This document shows, one piece after another, positions 38,107 through 47,793 of a DNA stretch of 64,000 nucleotides. Position numbers and translations under genes: made by a program. How positions within the stretch are numbered: the first letter of the stretch is position 1; every line of letters begins with the position of its first letter. Source of the DNA: SAR324 cluster bacterium (GTDB taxonomy: Bacteria; SAR324; NAC60-12); the NCBI GenBank assembly GCA_015231825.1, contig JADGAV010000003.1, forward strand, positions 178,954-242,953, written 5' to 3'. The notes beneath the pieces were generated by a model, which did no database searches, was not told where the DNA came from, and worked only from the letters and a program-made list of their open reading frames with translations.

Positions 38107-41100
38107 ATGAAGAAGCTAATTTCGATACCCTTACTGTTTTCAATTGCCTTCCTTTTTTTCACCCACACCTCGCAGGCGCAATCTGAAGAAAAAGAACTGT
38201 TTTCCACACGTAACAAAGCCGGGGTGAGAAACGGTCCGCGGGCTTTCGCGACCTTCACGCTTCAGCAGCCGACCACGATCACCCGGATCAACACCTACCA
38301 TTGGAATGACGGGAAAGGAACCCCCAGTCCCGGGATGATCGGCATTCAGGGGCAAGGTTCCTGGCAGGCCAAAGGCAGTCCAGGCATGAATGGAACTCCA
38401 AACGCGGAATGGTGGGCTTTTCCGAATCTCACTTTGCAGCCCGGCACCTACACTCTGACCGACAGCGATTCGGTAACCTGGTCCCAAAACGGTCAGTCCA
38501 ATGGAATCGGGCATTTTTCCATCTATGGAATTGTCCAATCGGTTTCAATGCCTTCTCCCAGCCCTGCAGCAGATTCTTCAGGAGCAAGTGAGCAGGAAAT
38601 CCATAGTACCCGCAACAAAGCCGGTGTGCAGAATGGACCTCGTCAATTTGCTACATTCACGCTTCAGCAGCCGATGCTCATTACCCGGATAAACACCTAT
38701 CATTGGAACAACGGAAAGGGCACGCCGAGCCCCGGCAAGATCGGTATCCAGGGACAGGGATCCTGGCAAGCCAAAGGCAGTCCAGGCATGAACGGCACAC
38801 CCAATGCGGAATGGTGGGCTTCTCCGAATATTACACTGCAGCCCGGCACCTATACGGTTACTGACTCTGATTCAGTTACCTGGTCCCAGAATGCCGGATC
38901 CGGAGGGGTTGGGCATTTTTCCATCTATGGAAAAATTATCACTGCGGCAGCGACCAGCGCAAATGTGAGCGGGGAATGGGATTTCGGCTCAAAATTGCTA
39001 CTCAAACAGGAAGGCAATCGAATTACAGGCACATACAATAATGGTCGAAGCAGGATCGAAGGTATTTTAAACGGAAGGGTATGGTCCGGGACCTTCAATT
39101 ACAACGCCCAGGTTCACGGTACCTTTTCCTACACTTTTTCACCCGACTTCAATTCATTTGAAGGAGTATGGGCTAACAGCACCGATTCAAACAAGGGAAC
39201 CGATAAAGGCGTACGTCTGTCCAGCGCGGCCCCCTCTCAAACAGCCCAGTCCGGTCCCACTTCATCAAGTATGGGAAATCCTTCAATCCGCCTGCAAAAA
39301 CAGACTTTCACCGTTGGAGAACCCGTAGTGGTCACCTATGAAAACCTTCCAGGCAATTCGCAGGACTGGGTTTCCGTCACTGCAGCTTCGAAGCCGGACA
39401 ACCAGTATGATAAATGGACTTACACCCAGGGGAAGAAAAACGGTACCTTTGAAGTATCGGATCTGCCGCCGGGGAGCTATCAGGCACGTTTGTATCTCAA
39501 TTGGCCTGCGGGTCAGTACAATGTTCAAGGTCGAGTTTCATTTGAGATCACTGCTCAGGCACCTGCACCACAAGCCGGGCCCTCGATGGCTTCGCTTCGT
39601 CTGGATAAAAGCGCTTTTATGCCCAATGAAGAAATCCGGGTGTATTTCACTGCCTCTTCGAATTACGCAGCCAATGCCTGGGTTGGGATCATCCCTTCCA
39701 GCGTAGCCCACGGGAGTGAAGCAGAAAATGATAAATACGATCTCAGCTATCAGTATCTTGAAAAGAGAAGCAGCGGAACACTGACTTTTAAAGCTCCCGC
39801 CCAAAATGGATCCTATGATTTCCGCATGAACGACGCGGATGGCGGCGGTCGTGAGGTCGCCTCCTTCACCTTTTCGGTCGGTGCCATGTCTCAAACTGCA
39901 GCGGCACCTGCACAGCCCGTCGGGGCCGCTGTTCAGGGCTCACTTTCGAATTCGGTATCCGCTGCTGTTGCTCAGTTCACGATGACTCCGAATGCGGCAA
40001 TCAGCGGCTATAACAATCAGCATTTGACAGGAGTTTCTCCCAGCGATTGTGCCCAGCAATGCCTGCAAAACAGCTGGTGCCAATCATTTGATTACTACAA
40101 AAATGAAAGCAAATGCGATCTGAGTGACAAAAACGCAGCGCAGGTTGGCGGGTTAAAAACTAACTATGGGGGCAACCCTTATGATCACTATGCCAAAGTT
40201 CAGGGAAGCGGACCTGTTTTAACGGAGACTGCGATGCCTCCTTTTGCGGTGATCGCAGGGAGTTGGGACAGTTCCGAAGGAAAAATGCAAGTCTATCAGA
40301 ACGGCAATAATGTTTCCGGGATCTACGGCTCCGACAATGGAAAAATATCAGGAATTCTTTCCGGAAACACCCTCTCTGGACTATGGACGGAAAATTCATC
40401 ATCCAAAAAGTGTGCAACGGCCAGGAACGGGTCATATTACTGGGGTCAGATTCGTTTTACTTTTCAGAATCCTCAACAATTCAATGGTGTCTGGGGATAC
40501 TGCAACGAGCCGCTGTCCGGCACCAATTGGACTGGCAATAAAACAGCCTCGTCCCCGACGGCAGCTTCAATTCAGCCAACCGCCCCTCAACAGGATGTGC
40601 AGCCGTACAAAGTACAACTTCCCCCGGCGGCCTCCGGAGAATCCATCGTATTTTATTCCCGAAATATAGCCTCTGTGCAAAACGGTCCAAGCCAATATGC
40701 CACCTTTGCAATCCAGCAGCCGATGATGATCACTCGGATCAATACCTACCACTGGAACAATGGAAAAGGAACTGCCCGCCCTGGCAGCATCGGGATTAAA
40801 GGTCTGGGGTCCTGGCAGGCGCAGGGCAGTCCCGGCATGTACAATACTCCCAATGCTGAATGGTGGGTATCTCCCAATTTGCTTCTGCAGCCCGGTACAT
40901 ACAGCATTGTTGATTCGAACCCGGCCACCTGGTCACAAAACCCGGGATCTCAAGGAATCGGCCACACAGCAGTATACGGCAAAACGGTATCCACCCCCCA
41001 AGCAATCGCGACTGCCCCGAAAAAAACATTTGATGCCAATGTTCAGCAATCAACCCAAAAAGTCGTCGTTCCTCAACCGGCTGCAATCAAAGCTCAGCCC

Positions 41101-41517
41101 GCCCCTCCAGCACAAGCTGCGACGGAAACGGCCGCATGCAGTCCCAAAGCGGGAGCTGATTTGCGGCACTGCAATTTTGCAGGAAAAAAACTGGATGGAG
41201 CCGATTTTTCAAACACGGACCTCTCCGGCGTCTCTTTTAAAAAAGCATCTTTAAAAAAGGCAAAATTTGAAGGAGCCCAATGTGAAAAAACTGATTTTTC
41301 CCACAGTAATTTGGAAAAGGCATCTTTCAAAAAAGCCGGCTGCGAAGGAGCCGATTTTACAAAGGCGAAACTGGAGAAAGCAAACTTCAGAAACGCTAAT
41401 TTAAGCAACACGAAATTTCGCAAGGCTGACGTCAACAAAACCAGCTTCAAAGGGGCAAAGTTGAGAGGATCCGATGTCAGAAGTGATCCGATGAATCTGA
41501 TCAAAGCCAAATTTTAG
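38107..41517 (+). CDS. Large secreted modular protein: 3 copies of an unassigned 112-aa domain, 2 small beta-rich domains, 2 Ig-like domains, PAN/Apple domain, C-terminal pentapeptide repeats
   Basis: Signal peptide MKKLISIPLL...SQA after RBS GGAGGAGG. Internal repeats are visible by eye; PAN-like CAQQCLQNSWCQSFDY...CDLS; pentapeptide tail ADLRHCNFAG...ADFSNTDLSGVSFKKASLKKAKFEG. Confidence 0.88.
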   Translation: MKKLISIPLLFSIAFLFFTHTSQAQSEEKELFSTRNKAGVRNGPRAFATFTLQQPTTITRINTYHWNDGKGTPSPGMIGIQGQGSWQAKGSPGMNGTPNAEWWAFPNLTLQPGTYTLTDSDSVTWSQNGQSNGIGHFSIYGIVQSVSMPSPSPAADSSGASEQEIHSTRNKAGVQNGPRQFATFTLQQPMLITRINTYHWNNGKGTPSPGKIGIQGQGSWQAKGSPGMNGTPNAEWWASPNITLQPGTYTVTDSDSVTWSQNAGSGGVGHFSIYGKIITAAATSANVSGEWDFGSKLLLKQEGNRITGTYNNGRSRIEGILNGRVWSGTFNYNAQVHGTFSYTFSPDFNSFEGVWANSTDSNKGTDKGVRLSSAAPSQTAQSGPTSSSMGNPSIRLQKQTFTVGEPVVVTYENLPGNSQDWVSVTAASKPDNQYDKWTYTQGKKNGTFEVSDLPPGSYQARLYLNWPAGQYNVQGRVSFEITAQAPAPQAGPSMASLRLDKSAFMPNEEIRVYFTASSNYAANAWVGIIPSSVAHGSEAENDKYDLSYQYLEKRSSGTLTFKAPAQNGSYDFRMNDADGGGREVASFTFSVGAMSQTAAAPAQPVGAAVQGSLSNSVSAAVAQFTMTPNAAISGYNNQHLTGVSPSDCAQQCLQNSWCQSFDYYKNESKCDLSDKNAAQVGGLKTNYGGNPYDHYAKVQGSGPVLTETAMPPFAVIAGSWDSSEGKMQVYQNGNNVSGIYGSDNGKISGILSGNTLSGLWTENSSSKKCATARNGSYYWGQIRFTFQNPQQFNGVWGYCNEPLSGTNWTGNKTASSPTAASIQPTAPQQDVQPYKVQLPPAASGESIVFYSRNIASVQNGPSQYATFAIQQPMMITRINTYHWNNGKGTARPGSIGIKGLGSWQAQGSPGMYNTPNAEWWVSPNLLLQPGTYSIVDSNPATWSQNPGSQGIGHTAVYGKTVSTPQAIATAPKKTFDANVQQSTQKVVVPQPAAIKAQPAPPAQAATETAACSPKAGADLRHCNFAGKKLDGADFSNTDLSGVSFKKASLKKAKFEGAQCEKTDFSHSNLEKASFKKAGCEGADFTKAKLEKANFRNANLSNTKFRKADVNKTSFKGAKLRGSDVRSDPMNLIKAKF
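38194..40980 (+). repeat. Three 336-bp intragenic domain repeats (38194-38529, 38596-38931, 40645-40980)
   Basis: Ungapped 112-codon copies with the conserved core ITRINTYHWN-x-GKGT...GSWQA-x-GSPGM...PNAEWW...LQPGTY...TWSQN. Copies 1 and 2 differ at about 15 of 112 residues by hand count. Confidence 0.93.
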
Positions 41518-41638
41518 ATCATTCCGGGAAAGGAACGTGAATTTTTGCAGTTTTTAGTGTATCCTGCAGGTTTTCAAATCGTTCTCTCAAGGAAACGAAC
41601 AGAACCGAAAACGAATCAAATATGAAGGAGATCAACAC

Positions 41639-42526
41639 ATGCCGGAGGTAGACAATAAAGAGTCCAAACAGTTTTATACAGATGTTCCTCAAAAAACCGA
41701 GGGGTTTTTTCTCAAGGGGTCCAATTCCTTGGACTGGGGAATGAAAAATCGACTGGCGCGAATTTTCAATCCGGATTCCGGAAAAACGGTCATGCTGGCT
41801 TTTGATCACGGCTATTTCCAGGGACCAACCACTGGACTGGAGCGAGTGGATATCAGTATTTTGCCTCTGGTTCCCTATGCTGATACCCTGATGCTGACCC
41901 GGGGGATACTGCGAAGTGTGATTCCCCCATCCGCGACCAACTCTGTTGTTTTGCGTTCTTCGGGAGGACCAAGCATGCTCAAAGAGCTTTCCAATGAGCA
42001 GATTGCAGTTGACATCGAAGATGCGATTCGACTGAATGTCGCAGCGATCACCTGCCAGGTCTTTATCGGGGGCGAATACGAAACTCAGTCCGTGCTCAAC
42101 ATGACCAGGCTGGTCGACACCGGCACCCGTTACGGCATCCCAACTCTGGCTGTGACAGCAGTCGGCAAAGACATGGTGCGCGATGCCCGCTATTTCCGTC
42201 TGGCGACCCGCATCTGTGCAGAATTGGGAGCACACTATGTGAAAACCTATTTTATTGAAGAAGGGTTTGAAACTGTCGCAGCCAGCTGCCCCGTGCCCAT
42301 CGTCATAGCAGGAGGAAAGAAAATTCCGGAACTCGATGCATTGAAGATGGCTTACAACGCTATCCAGCAGGGGGCCGCGGGAGTGGATATGGGTCGAAAC
42401 ATTTTTCAGTCCGAATCACCCACTTCGATGATTCAGGCGGTACGGTCCGTGGTTCACAGCAACGAAACTCCGGAAAAGGCCTATGAACTCTATCACACCT
42501 TAAAAAACGAAATCACTCCGAATTGA
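41639..42526 (+). CDS. lsrF: 3-hydroxy-5-phosphonooxypentane-2,4-dione thiolase LsrF (class I aldolase fold)
   Basis: [61 protein letters not shown] and [11 protein letters not shown]. Confidence 0.94.
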   Translation: MPEVDNKESKQFYTDVPQKTEGFFLKGSNSLDWGMKNRLARIFNPDSGKTVMLAFDHGYFQGPTTGLERVDISILPLVPYADTLMLTRGILRSVIPPSATNSVVLRSSGGPSMLKELSNEQIAVDIEDAIRLNVAAITCQVFIGGEYETQSVLNMTRLVDTGTRYGIPTLAVTAVGKDMVRDARYFRLATRICAELGAHYVKTYFIEEGFETVAASCPVPIVIAGGKKIPELDALKMAYNAIQQGAAGVDMGRNIFQSESPTSMIQAVRSVVHSNETPEKAYELYHTLKNEITPN

Positions 42527-42541
42527 TTACGCCTCAAGACT

Positions 42542-42584
42542 GGCGGGGCAGTCCGAAACGGTCTGACAGCCCCGCCCCTTCTTT
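42542..42584 (+). terminator. Putative intrinsic terminator after lsrF
   Basis: GGCGGGGC (42542-42549) / GCCCCGCC (42569-42576) stem followed by CCTTCTTT, 15 nt after the stop. Confidence 0.6.
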
Positions 42585-42747
42585 CCTCGTTGAGCCTCAA
42601 CAGATATTTTCATCGAAAACGATACAGAGAATTGCTGAAGAATGATGGACAGCAAGACTGAATCGCTTCGCACAGCAGCACTTTAAAAGACGAATCGTAA
42701 TGATGATAAGGATTTTTTGAGTCAAACGGATAATTTACAGAAATAGC

Positions 42748-43650
42748 TCAAGCGAGCGTCCTTGCCCGGCTGCCATAGTTGACCAGCGCGATTCCTGCCA
42801 GGATGACGGACATCCCGATCACGATATTAAGCGTCAGCGCTTCTCCCAGCAAAAGCACCCCGGCGAGTGTTGCAACGATGGGAGTGACATAGAAGCTCAT
42901 GCCCGCAACGGTCGGTCCGAAGTCACGAACCGTCAGATTGTAAAGCAAAAAAGCGATAAAAGTCCCAAAGAGTCCGCTATAGAGAAGAGACATCAGACCC
43001 GTCAGATCAACCCTGCTGAAGTCAAACCCCATCGTTAAGCTTGCTCCCAGCAGAATAAACACCATCGCAATCAGGATTTGACTCCCAGTCAGATCAAAGG
43101 TTCGGTATTGATGGGTGTATTTGCGAAGATAAATGGTCGCGACACAGTGACAGGAGACGGATAACGTAATCAGGATGTAGCCCAGCGGATTCGCTTGAGG
43201 AAAATCTCTCAATCCGCTTTCACCATTCAGGGCGATGAATAACGCTCCTCCTAAAGCAAGGACGATTCCCGAGACTTTCACCCGATTCAGGGATTCATCG
43301 GGGAGAGCAAAATGTGCCAGCAAGGCAATCATAGCCGGACCGGTTGTGATGAAGATCGCTGAAACACCGCTTGATTGGAACTGCAGGGCGGCGATAAAGC
43401 AGGTCATCGGCAATGCTGTTCCAAACGTTCCAAGGAGGAGGGAATGCCGCCATAAGCGCCAATTGGATGGGAAAGGATGCCGTTGATGAGAGACGAGATA
43501 AAAACCTGCAAAGGCCAACACCGCGACCGCCAGTCGCAGTCCGGTAAACACAATGGGTTCAAACTGACCGATTCCAAAACGTGAAGAGACGATTCCTCCC
43601 CCAAACAAAAGACCGATGAGCATCACATTGACTAATGATTTTAAATTCAT
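42748..43650 (-). CDS. DMT/EamA family transporter
   Basis: About 10 hydrophobic segments in two EamA-like halves; P-x-x-FTGLRL and TPIVATLAGVLLLGE. Confidence 0.92.
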   Translation of the reverse strand: MNLKSLVNVMLIGLLFGGGIVSSRFGIGQFEPIVFTGLRLAVAVLAFAGFYLVSHQRHPFPSNWRLWRHSLLLGTFGTALPMTCFIAALQFQSSGVSAIFITTGPAMIALLAHFALPDESLNRVKVSGIVLALGGALFIALNGESGLRDFPQANPLGYILITLSVSCHCVATIYLRKYTHQYRTFDLTGSQILIAMVFILLGASLTMGFDFSRVDLTGLMSLLYSGLFGTFIAFLLYNLTVRDFGPTVAGMSFYVTPIVATLAGVLLLGEALTLNIVIGMSVILAGIALVNYGSRARTLA

Positions 43651-43674
43651 CGCTCAAACTGACATCTTTTGAAA

Positions 43675-44529
43675 TCACAATCCATTGTTTTTGAACATTC
43701 CGGGCGAAAACCCGTAGATTCGCTTGAAGGCGCGGCAAAAATTGTTGACATCTGCAAAGCCGCAAAGGTCTGAAATCACTTTGACCGAGTGCTGTCCGTT
43801 TCTCAACAATTCCACACTCTTGCGCATCCTGAGAGTTCTCAAAAAAATACCAGGCGGCACCCCAACAATTTCTCGAAAAAGACGAGTGAAATGGTAACGG
43901 CTCAAACCAGAAATTTCTGCCATTTCTTCCACTCCGATATAGTTGTGATAATGGGTTTCACAATACTGTACCACCGATTGAATTTCTCGCCGGGGTGCTT
44001 TTAATTCGGGATTGAGTAGTTCATCCATGATCTTCATGGCAAACTGATATCCCAGTGCCGAAGTTCTGTAAGGGGAAAATATCGGGTTGTTCAGAACAAC
44101 TTCGTGGATTTCACAATAGATTTCAAATAGAGGAGAATCTTCCGGAATGCGGACAACCGGGCCTGTTTTTTCCTCGATCTGCTGCCACAATTTCTGAATT
44201 TCTTCTCCATATAAACTGACCCAAAACAAATGCCAGGGTTCCCACTTAGCGGGAAGCCAGTAACGGTGATTGTGGGGAAAACGAACAAGCATTGCGTGTC
44301 CGGAAGGAATTTCAAAATCTTCGGATTCATACCTCAATTTTCCACAGCCTTTGATGGTGTATTGAAATGTTGCCAACGGAAGCGACCCTCTTTTGAGTCC
44401 GTCCCAATCATATTGTGACGAAGTTTGAATTTCTGTTCCAGCCCCCCAAATTGCGCAGGGCAGGCGTTTGCTGTGTTCAAGCGGAAGAGCACTACTGCCT
44501 ATTTTCAGTTTTTTTATGTGGGAGAGCAT
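43675..44529 (-). CDS. AraC-family transcriptional regulator
   Basis: N-terminal cupin-like sensor; C-terminal MAEISGLSRYHFTRLF...CGFADVNNFCRAFKRIYGFSPG. Divergent from the GH4 operon. Confidence 0.94.
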   Translation of the reverse strand: MLSHIKKLKIGSSALPLEHSKRLPCAIWGAGTEIQTSSQYDWDGLKRGSLPLATFQYTIKGCGKLRYESEDFEIPSGHAMLVRFPHNHRYWLPAKWEPWHLFWVSLYGEEIQKLWQQIEEKTGPVVRIPEDSPLFEIYCEIHEVVLNNPIFSPYRTSALGYQFAMKIMDELLNPELKAPRREIQSVVQYCETHYHNYIGVEEMAEISGLSRYHFTRLFREIVGVPPGIFLRTLRMRKSVELLRNGQHSVKVISDLCGFADVNNFCRAFKRIYGFSPGMFKNNGL

Positions 44530-44651
44530 AAAATGCCTATATATAGCAAAACGTGCCTATTGAATTAAAATTAAAGCTCAGTATATTGCGGAATTGAACT
44601 TACCCTAAAAATACTACTTCTAAAGAGAATCATAAATTTAGTCAATTTGAA

Positions 44652-46049
44652 ATGGGATTAAAAATTGTTATCATCGGGGCAGGCAGTCTTGTTTTTTCAA
44701 GTCGATTGACGGCTGATTTGCTAACCTACAGCGCATTGAATGAAGCACACATCGCTTTGGTCGACCTGGACCCGGATCGTTTAAATTATGCGGGTCGAAT
44801 TGTTGAAAGAATGCTGGTGGAAGGTAAATACTGCCAAGCGACATACTCGATGACCATCGATCGAAGAGAAGCGCTCCAAGGAGCAGATTATGTCATCAGC
44901 AGTATTTTGGTGGGCGGTTACGATGCGATCGCAGCCGAAATTGATATTCCGATGAAATATGGGGTCGACCAGGCGATTGGAGACACGTTAACTCCGGGAG
45001 GCATTATGCGCTGTCTGCGCACTCTGCCTCACCAAATCGGAATTGCACGGGACATCCTGGAAATTTGTCCCGACGCAACACTGCTCAATTATACCAATCC
45101 GATGGCCATGCTTTGCTGGGGGATGTACAAGTCGCTTCCAGAAATCAAATTGGTGGGATTGTGTCATTCGGTGCAAGGTACTACAGAAGAGTGGGCAAAA
45201 CGCCTGGGAATTGACATCAGGAATATCAATTTTGAATGTGCGGGAATCAATCACCAGGCCTGGATCACTCGCTTCCAGAAAGACGGTCAAGACTTGCTCC
45301 CTCAAATTCGAAACCTGGCTGAAGACCCCAAAATCTGGCTGGGCGACAGTTCCAGAATGGAGTACGTTAAACATTTCGGTTTCCCGGTCACCGAGGCCAG
45401 CGGACACAATTCAGAATACAGCGGTTGGTTCCGAAAAACCCCGGAACTGGTGCAGCAATACTGCCCCGGAGGATCGTGGAACGGCGCTTCCGGATTTATT
45501 AAGACGCTCTACAATCGCCCTGACTGGCGCGAAACCATGGAAAAAATGGCCCGCTGGGAAAAGCCGGTTGATCTGAAACGAAGTTTTGAATATGGTTCAC
45601 AAATCATCAATGCGATGGAAGGAGGAGAACCGGTGATCGTTCACGGCAATGTGAGAAATGCCCAACTGATTGAAAATCTGCCGGAAGATTGCTGTGTAGA
45701 AGTTCCATGTTTTGTTGATAAAAACGGGATACAGGCCCTCAAAGTCGGAAAATTGCCTCTTCATTTAGCAGCCATCAACCGGAACCAGATCAATGTTCAG
45801 GAACTTGCGGTGGAAGCGACGTTGCAGCAGGACCTCGAGATGGTTTTTCAGGCCATGTGCCTGGATCCACTAACAGCATCGATCTTAACCCTGGACCAAA
45901 TCCGTGCGATGACAATCGAACTGGTCGAGGCCCATCGGCCGTACATTCCGCAATTTGAAGGGAAAACACTCGTTTCAAAACCTGTCCTTATCGGTAGTTT
46001 TTCCCAAGAGGTTGAGGTCCATCACGATCCGGGGGAAAAGCGATCCTGA
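44652..46049 (+). CDS. melA: Glycoside hydrolase family 4, alpha-galactosidase (MelA-like)
   Basis: KIVIIGAGSLVF, DIPMKYGVDQAIGDT, LLNYTNPM, VGLCHSVQ and AGINHQAW. Exact specificity is uncertain. Confidence 0.85.
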   Translation: MGLKIVIIGAGSLVFSSRLTADLLTYSALNEAHIALVDLDPDRLNYAGRIVERMLVEGKYCQATYSMTIDRREALQGADYVISSILVGGYDAIAAEIDIPMKYGVDQAIGDTLTPGGIMRCLRTLPHQIGIARDILEICPDATLLNYTNPMAMLCWGMYKSLPEIKLVGLCHSVQGTTEEWAKRLGIDIRNINFECAGINHQAWITRFQKDGQDLLPQIRNLAEDPKIWLGDSSRMEYVKHFGFPVTEASGHNSEYSGWFRKTPELVQQYCPGGSWNGASGFIKTLYNRPDWRETMEKMARWEKPVDLKRSFEYGSQIINAMEGGEPVIVHGNVRNAQLIENLPEDCCVEVPCFVDKNGIQALKVGKLPLHLAAINRNQINVQELAVEATLQQDLEMVFQAMCLDPLTASILTLDQIRAMTIELVEAHRPYIPQFEGKTLVSKPVLIGSFSQEVEVHHDPGEKRS

Positions 46050-46396
46050 AAGGAACTGCATTAAAAGCAGGGTCAATTTTACTTTCCAAAAAGAGCACAG
46101 CCTTTAAGACCGTGCTCTTTCAATGGTTTTTAATGCTTCTAAACAGAGCAGATAAAAACCGAAAATTCTTCGTTTTTTTGAAGAGTAGATTATCGCGAGG
46201 AGAAATTGAGAATCACACATCAGTCATGCCCTGGAAGACGATAAATCAAGGGTCTGACCAGATGCTGAGGACAATGGTTTCTGCAGATAATTTTGTTAAG
46301 GAGCTGGAAGAAAAGCTCCGCAAACCCCTGGCCGGGCAGTTCACTTCAGTGACAAATGCTTGGTGTTTTTTTAATTTGTGAGAAGGAGACTAGAAA

Positions 46397-47623
46397 ATGA
46401 AATCACTATTGCTTGCTCTTTTGACAAGTGCTCTCTTATTCAGTCAGACTGCCTGGTCTGGAGAGCTTGTTATTAATTTTGACGGACCCGATCCCGCGCC
46501 TAAAAAAGCATTTGAGATGGTAATCGCAGCCTTCGAAAAAGCCAATCCCGATGTCAAAGTGAAGTGGAATCTTTTTGACCATGAAGGTTACAAAACATCA
46601 ATAAGAAACTTTTTATCCGCCAATCCTCCAGACGTTGCTGCATGGTATGCAGGAAATCGGATGGCACCTTTTGTCAACGCAGGTCTTTTTGAAGACGTCA
46701 GTGATGTCTGGGAAAGTGCGGGATACAATAAATCCCTTGCAGCCGCCGCTCCCTCCCTGACTATTGATGGGAAAAAATGGGGGGTCCCCTATACATACTA
46801 TCAATGGGGAGTGTACTATCGAAAAGACATCTTTGAAAAAATGGGAATTGCGGTCCCGACGAACTGGAAACAGTTTTTAGATGCCTGCGCGACTCTCAAG
46901 AAAGGGGGCGTCACTCCCATTACAATCGGGACCAAATATCTCTGGACTGCTGCCGGTGTCTTCGATTATTTGAACCTGCGTGTCAACGGCTATGACTTCC
47001 ACAATGATTTGACTGCCGGAAAAGTGAAATATACCGATCCAAAAATGCAGCTTGTCTTCGATCGCTGGGACGAATTGGTTAAACCCGGATATTTTGTCAA
47101 AAATCACGCTTCATTGTCCTGGCAAGATGCCCTCGCTCCGATGGTTCAGGGAAAAGCAGCCATGTATGTGATGGGGAATTTTGCGGTGGCGCCATTGAAA
47201 GAGGCAGGATTGACCGATGACACACTCGGATTTTTCCAGTTTCCCGAAATCACTGCCGGGCTAGCCAAAGCAGAAGAAGCACCCACAGATACTTTCCATA
47301 TTCCTGCAAAAGCAAAAAACAAGGAAGATGCAAGGAAATTCCTCTCTTTTATTGCTCAAGCCGACATTCAGACAGAGTGGAACAAAATTCTCGGCCAGCT
47401 TCCAGTGAACAATCAATCCCAGGTTGCGGACGACAAGTTTCTTAAAGCGGGTTTTAACATTCTGAACAACGCAAAAGGGATTGCGCAATTCTATGACCGC
47501 GACGCACCGGCTGCAATGGCAAAAGCAGGCATGGAAGGATTTCAGGAGTACATGATTCATCCCGATCGACGTGAAAAGATTTTGAAGCGACTCGATAAAG
47601 TCCAAAAAAGAGCATATAAATAG
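46397..47623 (+). CDS. Carbohydrate ABC transporter substrate-binding protein (CUT1)
   Basis: Signal peptide, DHEGYKTSIRNFL, DGKKWGVPYTYYQWGVYYRKDIF and GKAAMYVMGNF. Confidence 0.92.
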   Translation: MKSLLLALLTSALLFSQTAWSGELVINFDGPDPAPKKAFEMVIAAFEKANPDVKVKWNLFDHEGYKTSIRNFLSANPPDVAAWYAGNRMAPFVNAGLFEDVSDVWESAGYNKSLAAAAPSLTIDGKKWGVPYTYYQWGVYYRKDIFEKMGIAVPTNWKQFLDACATLKKGGVTPITIGTKYLWTAAGVFDYLNLRVNGYDFHNDLTAGKVKYTDPKMQLVFDRWDELVKPGYFVKNHASLSWQDALAPMVQGKAAMYVMGNFAVAPLKEAGLTDDTLGFFQFPEITAGLAKAEEAPTDTFHIPAKAKNKEDARKFLSFIAQADIQTEWNKILGQLPVNNQSQVADDKFLKAGFNILNNAKGIAQFYDRDAPAAMAKAGMEGFQEYMIHPDRREKILKRLDKVQKRAYK

Positions 47624-47793
47624 ATCGCTCAAAAAATTCCTTGGAACGAACTGAGTTGATCGAATCCAATCTCTTCCTCAATGAGGCAAATCTCCCTTGA
47701 ATCATGGGGAAGAGAGTGGTCCATCTCATCAACGAATCAATCCTTGCTCATCCGACTTTCATGAGAAAGGAGAGAAATTCAGGAAAACGTCTT

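Noticed and set aside
38194-38931. CRISPR array or mobile-element repeat
   Set aside because: The repeats are 336-bp in-frame coding duplications with many synonymous differences; there are no short repeat-spacer units or cas genes.
41130-41517. Qnr/MfpA-type quinolone-resistance pentapeptide protein
   Set aside because: The repeats are the tail of a signal-peptide-bearing protein and are strongly basic, unlike cytoplasmic acidic DNA mimics.
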